Shown here one piece after another: positions 11,993-23,268 of a stretch of 64,000 bases of DNA. Origin of the DNA: Selaginella moellendorffii. Lineage: Eukaryota; Plantae; Lycopodiophyta. The stretch is taken from the NCBI RefSeq assembly GCF_000143415.4, contig NW_003314282.1, positions 1,011,374-1,075,373 on the forward strand, written 5' to 3'. Numbering within the stretch: the first letter of the stretch is position 1; each line of letters opens with the position of its first letter. The position numbers were made by a program, and so were the translations under genes. The notes under the pieces were generated by a model. That model saw nothing but the letters and a program-made list of their open reading frames with translations. It did not search any database and was not told the DNA's origin.

Positions 11993-12842
11993 TTAATTAT
12001 CCGAGTCGTCGTCGTAGTCGCCATCGTCAGAGGACGAAGAACCATCAGCGACTGGCTTTGAAACTTTGTTCTTGTCAGTGGCAACTCCAGCGGGAACTGG
12101 CTCTGGCGCTGGCTTCCTTTGGACAGGCTCGTCTTCGACCTCTTCTTCCTGCTCAAGAACTTCAACATGTGTCGAGCCGGTTAAGGAAACAAAAGCCAAG
12201 TAAAACAAAAACCGAGAAAGGATATCTACATCGCGAGCAGTGCCCCCTGCCATTATGTTCGTCAGGTCTTCCTCGACTTTACTCACGTATTCAGGCTGCA
12301 AAAAGAGAAATTTTTTTCGGTGAAAACTGAGAGAGAAATTGAAATAGACTTACATCCATGTCGGGTTGCCTGCGAAACCTTCGCTTTCGTGCGTTTTTCA
12401 TGGCAGGGGTGAGTCCATGCTTGTACTCCGGTGTAGCATCTGGCTTCGAGGGATTTTCCGGATCATTCACGAGGATCATCTGGCATGGATGCGACAGGAA
12501 ACTAAGTAACGATTAAGTTGGGAGGAGATAACAAACGCACCTGTCCAATGTCGGCTGTTTTGATCAGCACGGAATGGTCATAAGTTTTGTACGATTCCAC
12601 GACACAGGGTAGATCCACAAGCGAGACTTCGTACTCGTCCTGTCCAATTGTGAACTTGCCTGTTCGTCCATCACCTAGAACGAGCTCTCCAGAGTGCTCA
12701 ATTTTGCTCGATCGAGGCACTGGCGAGGAGACTCACCGTTAAAAGCGAGATCGATGGAGTCTTCATCGGAATTCTCACTGAGAATACTGTGCAGCTTCTC
12801 AGCTACAGAGGGAGGAACCCTCAGCACGAATTGTTCCTCCAT
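11993..12842 (-). CDS. TAF7: TFIID subunit 7
   Basis: MEEQFVLRVPPSVAE...LVDLPCVVESYKTYD...KTADIGQMILV...HGLTPAMKNARKRRFR. The last intron (12169-12225) is U12 AT-AC. Confidence 0.95.
12169..12225 (-). other. U12-type AT-AC intron in TAF7
   Basis: 5' ATATCCTTT, branch site TTTCCTTAAC, 3' AC. Removal gives RDVD-VEVLEQ in frame. Confidence 0.92.
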
Positions 12843-13053
12843 AGCTCGGGATTTTACTGCACGGGACAAGCTAAGGATAAAGAGATTCGCAAAAAATGAG
12901 AGGTCGCTTACCGGAGGTGTGCGATGGTCCTGTAGCAAAGACCTGGAAACAAGCAAGGGATATTCCAGTACAAAACACATACTTCCTGGATGGATATTCC
13001 GACAAGAAAGAGTTTTGGATTGAAGCAAAGTGATGGACCACCACAGGTTTGTC

Positions 13054-13821
13054 TCAATTCCCACGAGCTTCTCTACGAGTTGCGTCGTGAAGAATCTCGA
13101 CGTCGACACCATCGACTGGTAATTGTACGTATCTCACGACCGAGCCTCTTATGAAGCAGTTCTTCACGGACATCTTCACAAGAAGAAAAACGCGATCAGT
13201 CACTCCAGAGGAGAACAGAGTTAGCTAAACCCGATAACCGAAAAAAAAAACAAGGCCTACGATAAAATGGAGAAAACTAGAACTCTAACCAAGCAGGACG
13301 AAAGAGAAGAAAGAACACCATAAAAAGAAGAAAAACGCGATCAGTCACTCCAGAGGAGAACAAAACTTGAGAACCGAAAGCAATAACGAAAGAGAAGTAG
13401 CCTAGTACGATCAAATGGAGAAATACTAGAACTCTTACAAAACAGGACGAAAGAGAAGAAAGAACACCAAAAAAAAAGATGAAAAACGCGATCAGTCACC
13501 AGAGGAAAACAAAGCTTGAGAACCAAAAGAAAACGAACAAACGAGAAGTGGAGAACTAGGACGAAAGAGAAGAAAATAAAACAAAGAAAAACACTAGAAA
13601 CGAACCATATGGGGGTACTTGATCTCGTCCACGACTTTGATGTTCTCTAGCTTGATGTTGAGGTACTGATCCACCGAATGAAGCACTCCAGTGATGGCGA
13701 GGTCATTCTTGAGCTCCACCGTGACCTCCTTCCCGACGAGCTCCTTGAAATACGAGAAGAAGAGCTGCAAAAACAGCGAGCGATTGGGAGAAATCGACGC
13801 GGCGGGCATTGCGCTTACCAT
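13054..13821 (-). CDS. LSM2: Sm-like protein LSM2 (3 exons, exon 1 is ATG only)
   Basis: M-LFFSYFKELVGKEVTVELKNDLAITGVLHSVDQYLNIKLEN...PHM-MSVKNCFIRGSVVRYVQLP...LHDATRREARGN. Confidence 0.96.
13180..13600. repeat. Three ~148-bp tandem repeats in LSM2 intron 2
   Basis: GAAAAACGCGATCAGTCAC(T)CCAGAGG recurs at ~13185, ~13330 and ~13481. Confidence 0.85.
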
Positions 13822-14556
13822 TGCGACGCCGAGACGCAGGGCGCGCGCGCAGTCCTCTCCTTAAACCCTAGAACTACGCATATGCTGGAATCTTTTACGT
13901 TCGCAGGTTATTCTCCTGTTAACATTGCATAACTAGTTAAGTATTTAGATTAGTTTAATATAATATGTTATTAACGACGCTAGGCGAGACAAAACGATGG
14001 CATGGATCACGACGGTCAAAACGCCTAAGTTATTGTGGAATTGGAAGAATTCGGCAAAGGAGTGGCGTATGAACTGGGATGGATGGGTTTGCAGGTTCCG
14101 GCAAGAACCGGATCGACATGTGATCAAAGCCGGGTACGATTAAGACGGCTCTCGAATCACTGAAGAACTCTCACTGTCTATCTCCGTACATAATATTGTC
14201 TAAATCCGTACATATCATGTGGGTGACTCTGACGTTCGACCAGACGATCAATTCGCTCGCAACGAGAGAATGCACGGCATTTTTTTCCGAAGCGGGCCGG
14301 GTAGGATTGTGGGGTTTTTCGAGACTATTTGGATGCGGTGGGAGTTTATTACGAAGAGCGTTTCAGGAATCGCAGCCTCGGGCATCATCTCATTGAGTTA
14401 TATTTTGCAAAAGCATGAGCAAGATCAGTGGGTATGATTCAGAGGTTCTTACAATTCACTTACTTGTCACAAGCGCGAGAGCAATATCAAGAAAAGAAAG
14501 AAATTCCGCGCTCGAGGCTTCGTTCTTTGGGGCATTGTCCGGACTCGGGGCAGTGT

Positions 14557-14637
14557 TGTTGAGAGTGGGATTCGAACCCACGCCCTTGCGGACCAGAACC
14601 TTAATCTGGCGCCTTAGACCAACTCGGCCATCTCAAC
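14557..14637 (-). tRNA. tRNA-Leu(AAG)
   Basis: GTTGAGATGGCCGAGTTGGTCTAAGGCGCCAGATTAAGGTTCTGGTCCGCAAGGGCGTGGGTTCGAATCCCACTCTCAACA, with long variable arm. Confidence 0.97.
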
Positions 14638-14764
14638 TTCTTATCTAAGATTAATCTTCACTCACCGACAAAGCCCGCCAAGGGACATCCAGCAGCAAAC
14701 CATTTCTCCTCACTGCCAACTTTCAGTTTACTCATCGTGCCAAAAGAAGGATACAAAGATCTTG

Positions 14765-15359
14765 TCATGGAAAACTTGTCTTGTCAATCTTGTGATGGAT
14801 GGGATCGCGACCACTCGGGACGTTCCTCTCCGGCTCAACATTGATCATCTCGTTCTTGCCACCGTGTTGAAGCAACGATCCTTCGCCAGGCCGGGCAGCG
14901 AGGGATTCCTGCAGGGAATCCAGGGACGAAGATGGAGATGGATGCCTGTTCTCGATCATCGCTTTCCCGCAGGCCAAAGACGAGTAGAGCTCTTGAGGCG
15001 GTGGCGAAGAGGGATCGAAGCTTTGCGGAGACGAGGCGATTTGCCTCTCGTAGTCCTCGCACGCCTTCGCGATGCTGCCCTGGTACTGCTTTGGGTCGGA
15101 AGCGCCGCCTGGAACTTCTCTTGCCTCATGCTTCACAAGCTCGGCGCCGGGTTGAAGCAACTTTCTGGGCACTCCTCGCGGCTCCTGATCGATGCGAAAG
15201 TCGTCATTGCCTGGTTGGAAGAAAGAAAAGAGAGAAACCATTGAAAACACTTGCCTTGGGACCAAGTTGAGAGCGATCGAGTGATCCACCAGCAGTAGCG
15301 CCGCCAAGAAGCAACATTGAGACGATGCCAACAATCGTGAACATTCTTTCTCCAGCCAT
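14765..15359 (-). CDS. CLE-family secreted peptide precursor (probably 2 exons)
   Basis: Signal peptide MAGERMFTIVGIVSMLLLGGATAG needs a short intron near 15190-15265 to join the main frame. RKLL site; CLE dodecapeptide RNVPSGRDPIHH at 14792-14827. Confidence 0.75.
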
Positions 15360-15426
15360 GATCATCGGCAAGAGAATGAGAAGAAGAAAAATCTAGAGCA
15401 GGCACCCTTTCACGAGCTCACACCGC

Positions 15427-16770
15427 TTAAATATTCAAGCGCAAACTCGTGTACTGGGCGCGTGAATCCCGCTCGGTTGACACCGTGCGGCGCCGAGCTG
15501 GACATGACCTTCGTTGACCTTTTTGACCCGTGAGCCGTTGACCATCAAGACCACTCCTCCGTCTTGTGAAAGCAATGGTGGATCGCAGTGTAGGGCGCCT
15601 CGAATCAAACTTGGCCTTCGTGCAACGCGAGACGACATCGCAGCGCTGCGGCACGCCAAACCGGATGGGATGGATCTTGACACGACTCGGGAACTCGTTG
15701 CCCGCTGCTCCACTCGTCAAGGCTCACTGGATCGGATAGAGCAAATGCAGAGAAACTTTGTAAAGTACCTTGATGGACGCGTGAGCAACTGTGAACACCT
15801 CGAGGGCCGGGAATGGCTCCAGAAGCTGTGCAAGGTTGACGGACCTCGGCTGGAAGCTGGAAGAGTTCACGAAGTAGTCGAGCTGCGTGATCAAGCAAAA
15901 CGCTCCAGGATTTGCGTTACATGGGCAGAGCTTTGACAGGTGTTTGTGAACGTCAGCTTCTTGAGCTTCCTGGATGATCCGCACGCCCCTATGCGCCTTG
16001 ATCCACTCGATGTTGCCCGTCGACGGCGAGAGCTCCAGGCGCGGCACCACGCGGACGAACATCCAGCGGAGCTTGGACATGTCGAGGTAGGCGATCGACA
16101 TCTGCAGGATTCTGGAAAATTGTTGATATTGGCAACTCGAGAAGAACGAACAAAGAAAGAAAGAAAAAGAGAACCTGCGCGAGAGAAAAGATGGCGACGC
16201 TATTGCCCCTCCAAGAACGCAGTGCAAGCCAGTGGAGGCTGTGGCTCTTGAGCAAATACGTCCCCGGCGATTTCACCACCAGCTTGGTCAGCTGGAAGTA
16301 GACGACCGAGGGGCAAAAGTCGAGGAGCTGCTGCGTTGTGCCTACGTCCAAGCCCGTGGACGAGATTGGGAAGGATTGGAGGCGCTGCCGTCGTCGTGAG
16401 AGGGCCGCCAAGCTCGACACCATTCGAGGCATCGGAGCTGCTGGGAGGCGAGAATGCTGGACCAGAAGCCATCCATGGCCGCATTGACGCTGATCGTAAG
16501 GGAGCGAAGAGGTTCCCGATCACTGGTAGCCAGCCAAGAGAATCTGAGTGTTGTTGCTCTGGAAAACCGATCAAATTCAAGCAGCGGAGATTGCTGCTGC
16601 TGCTGCTTGCTGCCAAACCAGGAAAGAAGGCCCTGCTGCCGCTCATCCTCACCAGAGATTAGACAGAAATACGTGACGAGCCTTGCCAGATGCGCCCACC
16701 TCGAATTCGTCATCGCCAGCTCCTCGAAGATGCGTAGTTCTTCCGACAGCGATCACTGCTGACTGACCTA
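15427..16770 (-). pseudogene. F-box/LRR-like pseudogene, copy 3
   Basis: SLSEELRIFEELAMTNSRWAHLARLV is F-box-like. Homologous segments are spread over all three frames by frameshifts. Confidence 0.7.
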
Positions 16771-16869
16771 ACCCTCAAAGCGATCGTTTTGAACGTTACT
16801 TTCCCGCTAAAACACTTGCGATTGCTTCATATTTGAAAGTCTAGGGTTTTCCCGCCCAGAGCTTGAGCG

Positions 16870-18414
16870 ATGAGGAGCACCCCGGTCGCCGCCGCCGCCT
16901 TGGAAGTACGAGAGGACAATCAGCTCGTCGCCGTCGCCGATGAGGAGGAGGACTCGTTTGAGACGATCGATAAGCGTGAGTCTCTGTTTTGGCTCTAGAT
17001 CGATCGCTCGGCCTTCTAGATTTCTTGTTCTCCCAGTCACCGCACAGGGAATCAATGCCGGGGATGTGAAAAAGCTCCAGGATGCGGGAATTCACACATG
17101 CAATGGACTGATCATGCAGACAAAGAAGGTGCGAATCGATCGATTCTTTCTCCCCTATCTGTGGAGTTTCTTCTATGCTGCTCTAGAGCCTCACAGCCAT
17201 CAAGGGATTGTCCGAAGCAAAAGTCGACAAGATCCTGGAAGCGGCAGAAAAGATAGTCGTAAGTGCCTTGAATCTGGATTTTCCTTCTCGCTCACTGCCT
17301 TTTTCCAGCAAGTCGGCTATATCACTGGGAACGAGGCTCTTCACAAGAGAAAATCCGTGATTCATATCACTACAGGAAGTCAGCTTTTGGATGACCTTCT
17401 CGGTGGTATGCTCTATTCTTTTCTCTCTTTTTTTTTTTCTCATCTCTTTTCGCCATATGCACCAGGTGGTATAGAAACGATGGCAATCACCGAAGCCTTT
17501 GGCGAATTCCGGACTGGGAAAACTCAGCTCGCGCACACTCTTTGCGTAGCCACGCAGCTGCCGTTGGGCTTACACGGAGCTAATGGCAAAGTGGCCTACA
17601 TCGACACCGAGGGAACATTGTATGGTCATCGTCTTATGCTTTGCTTTTCTCTGATGTGAATTCTAAACGATGCTTGCAGTCGTCCTGATCGAATAGTCGC
17701 CATCGCGGAAAGGTTTGGACTGGATCCAACAGCTGCTCTTGACAACGTAAGCATTTTAGCTCTTCAACCCCTGAGTAACTTTCGGCTTTCCAGATTGTGT
17801 ATGCTCGAGCATACACGCACGAGCATCAGTACAACCTTCTGATCGCCATAGCGGCTAAAATGACTGAAGAACCGTTCAGGCTCTTGGTAAGAATTAATTC
17901 TTGAATCTTCTATCCTGTCTTACAAGGAACTGCACAGATTGTGGACTCCATCACCTCATTGTTTCGGGTAGACTTCTCAGGGCGTGGAGAATTGGCAGAG
18001 AGACAAGTAAGACGACTTTTACTTCATACACTCAGCCAATTAACTTTGTGGCCGTGCAGCAAAAGCTGGCGCAGATGCTCTCCAGGCTCATCAAAATTGC
18101 TGAGGAGTTCAACGTCGCGGTGTTTCTTACGAACCAAGTCATTGCTGACCCCGGCGGCGGGACCTTCGTCGCGGATCCAAAAAAGCCCGCTGGTGGCCAC
18201 GTCCTGGCTCATGCTTCGACAGTAAGGCTGATGTTCAGAAAGGGGAAGGGCGAACAAAGAATCTGCAAAGTCATCGACTCTCCAAGCCTCCCGGAGTCCG
18301 AAGCTATATCCTTTCGTTGGATTTTTTTTTCTTCCAAAGTTTCAACTAGCTGCCCTTGACAGTGTTCACGTCTTCCAGATAGCACCAGGTGGGATCACAG
18401 ACGCCAAAGACTAG
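16870..18414 (+). CDS. DMC1: Meiotic recombinase DMC1 (multi-exon)
   Basis: [16 protein letters not shown], Walker [51 protein letters not shown] and end GGITDAKD. Last intron is AT-AC. Confidence 0.97.
18306..18369 (+). other. U12-type AT-AC intron in DMC1
   Basis: 5' ATATCCTTT, branch CCCTTGAC (18353-18360), 3' AC. Removal restores [20 protein letters not shown]. Confidence 0.92.
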
Positions 18415-18603
18415 AACAGGGGAAGCTGATCGTGTGGCTCAAAATGTGCCACGACGGGTTTTGGGGAATAAAACATCGTTGATTCAAAGCGCAATAGGGC
18501 ACGGATTCGCGTGAGTCCATTTCTCAACCACTTTTGTGTGGTGTCAGGTAGGTTTTTGGACCGGCCACCGTCGCGGGCGGGTGTTCGTCGTTGAGCTGTT
18601 GCG

Positions 18604-21600
18604 ATGGCCGATGGAGATAACAACGAGTTCGACGTTTTCAAGTCATCGAAGTGGCGTGGAAATCGAAAGTCGAGTTTCGCGGTTAGTCTATTTTTTTGGA
18701 ACGCATTCCGGCTCTGAGCTTTTCTTTTGCAAATTGGCAGCAAATATTTCATGCTCGTGAACGAGAAAGTGGAGCACACGGAGGAAAGTTGCCTCCAAAA
18801 CCTGGAGGGCCCTCGGATAGAGCTCCAGTATCTAAATCAAAACCACAGCCTGAGGTCGGTCTACTTTCGAAGGAAAACAAAAAAGTATGATGGTTTACTG
18901 ACTTGTGCCTCAGCCTCAAAGACGGCGTGGAGGTTTAAGCTCTCACACGCTCATGGAGTTCAAAAAGGCTTTTGATAAAGCCACGCGTGAAGAACTTGAC
19001 AGAGTTGGGCTTTTAACTTTCCAAATTACTATCGAGTAACAAATGCTTGACTTGCAGGCAAATTTCATCAAAACGTGCAAGAACATCAAGGACGTGGCTT
19101 CTGAGCTGAGGTTCGTTGTGACTACTCGTAAGTGCTTTGTAACAAAGCGTGCATTTGTGTGTCAGTGAAAAGGAAATGGAACATTTTTTCATGAAGGTCG
19201 ATGTGAACAGCAAGGGCGTTGTAGATTTTGATGATTTTACAAGCTACATTCTTCAGCAACAGGTACTGGTTTCTTAGAAACCGCGGCTCTCGCTAAAACA
19301 AACTCTGCTTTCTCAGCTAGCAAAAGAAGATGAGCCGGGTGCGGACTTTGCAACGTATGTGAAGATGAAACCTTCTAGCAAGAAAGGAGCAACAAAAATG
19401 GAGGATGAGTCCGATTCTGAGGAATCTGATGAAGAGGACGAGGTCATAGCAGAAAGGCCAGTTATGAAAAGCTTCAAAGCTTGTAACACGACTGTGGAGC
19501 GGCCTTCTCATATCATTGAAAAGGTTGGCATGTATCATAGTTTTACGCTACTAACAGCAGACATCGTGCAGATTATTCTTTTGTCTCACATACAAACATA
19601 TGTTACAGCAACACAAGACGGAATGCTTAAATTGTGGCATGGAGATTCTCTGAAGTTGTTACGAACACAAAAGAATGGTGGTGGAGGTACATGTCCCCAC
19701 GAGTGCTTCTTCCCTGATGAAATTCCACTATAGAAGTTGAAATATGGCAGCGTGGATCACTGACATTGTCGCCATGGCTCAACAACCTCTGGCGGTGTTT
19801 GCAATGGATAGAAGGTGACTAGATGAAGCAGAAGACGATGCATCTTTGACATCTGGAATATGCAGTGTGACGTTTTATGACACGGGAAGACTTTCGTTTG
19901 ATGTCCTGGGAAGGATTGAGAACTTGGTAAGTTCTTATTATCCTTCAAAGGTTTCTAAGTCATTTTCTTAACAGAGAAATGGAGCATTATGTGCTACCTG
20001 GGTGAGGACTCCAGAGAATGATAAGCTGCTATATGGAGATGACCGTGGCTACCTTCATGTGTATGATTTCTCTGACGAGTGGGGAGGGTAAGGATTCTGT
20101 TTTCTTCGATTTGGAATTGCAGTGTGCGAGTGTTGCAGGGAGATTCCACGCATTGCAGCTGGGGTGACGGAGGAGCTTTTGCCGGGCATGTCTGAAAAGC
20201 TACCTTGGAAAATACACAATAACTGGGTTACAAGGATTAAGTATCTATCTCATTCGTCCTCGTTACTGAGCTGCTCCATGGATAGCACACTGCTCATGCT
20301 TGATCTAGAAAAACAGAAAAGGAAGTGGTCTGGCAAAGAACACCACCACGGGATATTTGCACTAGATTATTGCAGGTTTGCATCGAACTTCCAAGACTTT
20401 CAGTTTGTGCTAAACCTTTTTTATTTGACAGGAGTTTTAATTTCATTGTCACTTGCGGGTTGGAAAGAAACGTTAACATATGGAATCCTTTTACAGCAAA
20501 GATAATGGGGCAGTTGATCGGGCATCAGTCGCCTGTTGTGGTTTGTGCATTGATGGAAGCTGCCTTGTGTAAACTGACATTGTTTTACATGCAGGACGTC
20601 GTTGTAAACGAAGACGATAACCAAATCGTAAGTGTAGCAACCGACAGCATCATAAAAATTTGGGATATGAGGAGCAATCGGTGTATGCAAACTGTTGTTG
20701 ACAAGACACTCGATAAATCTGGCGAACCTCCAATAATTTCCAGACTTCTTTATGACAAACGAAGAAGCGTAAGACTTTGCTTTTGCAGTGTCATCATTTT
20801 TCTTACTCATCTTTCCATTCTTCGCAGGTTCTTTTAGGTGGAGGTACCTCACTGCAAGCATGGCGCAAGCGGCTTGCCAGTGAAACGCGTTCAGGGAAGA
20901 TATGTGGTTCGGGTTTCAGTAGTACATTTCGCCAGCTCATTGTGGCTGAAATTGAGTCGCTTGTCACTATTTGGAACATTGACGATGGACACCATACTTT
21001 CTCATTCTCAGACGGCAAGTATGTCTAGAAGATTATGATGCCTTGAAAGATCTAACTATTTTGCACAGGTCGACAAAAATGTCAGCGATGACTGTTGATG
21101 CTTCCGGCCGAAGACTTTTGATTGGGGGACAGGACGGAACTCTGAGAATGTGGAACTTCAACAATGGCCAGTGTCTAAAGGAGTACTGCGGGTTTGGTCA
21201 GGTCAGTACATGTCATTTTCAGAGCTTTAATACTATCTTCCTACAGGATGAAATCACCTGTGTTGTGTGCCTGGCGGAAGGAAGGAGCAAGTATGTTGCT
21301 GCCGGTGGATGGAATGGAAGGGTGAGGCTTGTTTCTTTTGAACTTCTAGCCTGTTATATCCAACAGAACATTTTCAGGTTTGCATATGGCACGACGGTTT
21401 GAAAGAGTCAGAGCCCTTGGAACGAGAGATGCACGGTCATACCGATGACATTGTTTGCATGAGCATTTGTCCACCGGGTGGTGTTGCAACTGGTGGTTAT
21501 GATGGAAAGGTTTGTTGTTCTACTTAAGTTTGATGCTTTTATGACTGGTTTCTCGTCTAGGTGATTGTTTGGAAGCTTGATGGAATGATAAAATGCGTGC

Positions 21601-23094
21601 TGAATCCACCACCGAACGAGTCTTTTGCGAAATCAAGATCAATCGTCAACATACAGTTTCTTGGTCAGCTGGTACGCCAACAAATTTACGCCAACACATT
21701 TTTAGTATATCTGTGCAGGAAAAAGTCTTGGCTGTATTCGTTTCAGATGGATACATCTATTTCTGGCGTGTTCCTGATGCAAGCGTGGTAAGTGAATCAA
21801 AATAGCGTTGTGAAGGTGTTGACATCTGATTTTGCAGCTTCATGAGATTCCGACATGCCATATCGGTGCACCAGGTCCAATGTGCTCGGATTCCAAAAAC
21901 GAAGTAAGTACACAAACGCACGAGGTTACTTTCTAAGATTTTCCCGAACTATGCAGCTTTTGTTCTCCTCGGATATAAAGGGCTACGTGAAATCGTGGTC
22001 ATTGGCCGCATGCGACTTCCATCAAGCCGAGCGCCCTTTGACGCCTGTTCCGGAGATGTTTTGCTTTCGAGCTCATCATGAAACGATCGTACATCAAATG
22101 TTTTTGTCAGATTGAAAACTAACTGTTTCTTGTTCAGGTCTCGATGACATTTATCGAAACGGATAGGATACTTGTTACCGCCTCAACATTTGGCACAAGG
22201 CAAGAATTCATACTTAATCTGTTTCGTGAACTAATACGCATGGATCTGGAACAGCCGTCTGTGGACTGAGAAAGGAGTCCGGATTGGACAATTTGGACAG
22301 TACGGTGGATGGGATTTATCAAGCCCTGAGCAGTGGATTGGTAGAAAAGCGTATTATGTTTCACAAGACTCGGACAGCTCTGCGAGCTCAAGGCTAAGCT
22401 CAAGCGCGGGAAGTCGGTCGAGTTCAAGCAGGGAAAGTAGGGGCAGCTCTCTGTTGACAACATCTGGTGAAACTGAATCCAAAGAAACAACTCCCACAGA
22501 TTTTCCCGAAGCCAAAGAACCTTCATCAAGGTACTAAGCACGGAGGATCGCAATTCCTTTTAACGTTGCTGTTTTATCGTCACATTACAGCGCAATTCAA
22601 GCCAAAGCAGCGGCGATTCTAGATGCTGGACCACCACATCTGAGGCTTGATTCATGGTTCGCACCACTTCAAGCGGCTTTCCATCGTCAACTTCCAATAA
22701 AGGTTCGTGTTTCACTATAATAACCATTCATATAAACTTACAGGGGAGAATGCATACAGAAAATTGTCCCCTGGGGACCATTGTTGCCGCCAAATCTTCA
22801 GCACGTCAAGCAAAAATCTCTGGAAGAAATGACGACTACGGAAAAAAGCACGAGCACAGGAAAACCGAGAAAATCAAAATACCATTCGGTGAGAAAACGT
22901 TCTTTGAGTTACACCATAAGCTGAACGTGTATTTGCTGCAGGATCCTCTACGCTTGTCGCTACCAAACATTCATTTCAACATGCCCAAGGACAAGCTCAT
23001 GAGCATAATGCGGCGAAGCACTCGAACGACGCCTCGCAGCTCAGAGACGACGAGAAGCATCATGAAGATGTCCATGAAAAAATACCACGCCTGA
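18604..23094 (+). CDS. EF-hand + WD40 repeat protein, WDR49/WDR64-like (many exons; start uncertain)
   Basis: FMKVDVNSKGVVDFDDFTSYI EF-hand-like motif. WD repeats include GRRLLIGGQDGTLRMWNFNNGQCL, IKIWDMRSNRCMQT and RLWTEKGVRIGQFGQ. Confidence 0.8.
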
Positions 23095-23268
23095 CCGTCC
23101 GGGCATTTTCCTTTACTCTTCTGTGCTTTTGCGCGAAACAAACCAGGTGAAGAAGCTTATTATCATTGAACTAACAAAAGATAATTGTCACAGGAACTTA
23201 TTTTAAGCTGGAAAAATACTTCGATGTTCCGCAAAATTTTGAATTTACATAAGCGTTAGCGGCCGCGG

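Noticed and set aside
13850-14240. Possible Pol III snRNA or telomerase RNA (USE-like ACCCACAT on minus; TAAACCCTA at ~13862)
   Set aside because: The USE match and TATA spacing are poor, the motifs are on opposite strands, and the telomeric motif is better explained as the LSM2 promoter telo-box.
21014-21068. Apparent GC donor (GCAAGT) in the WD40 gene
   Set aside because: The canonical GTATGT donor 4 nt downstream gives the correct phase.
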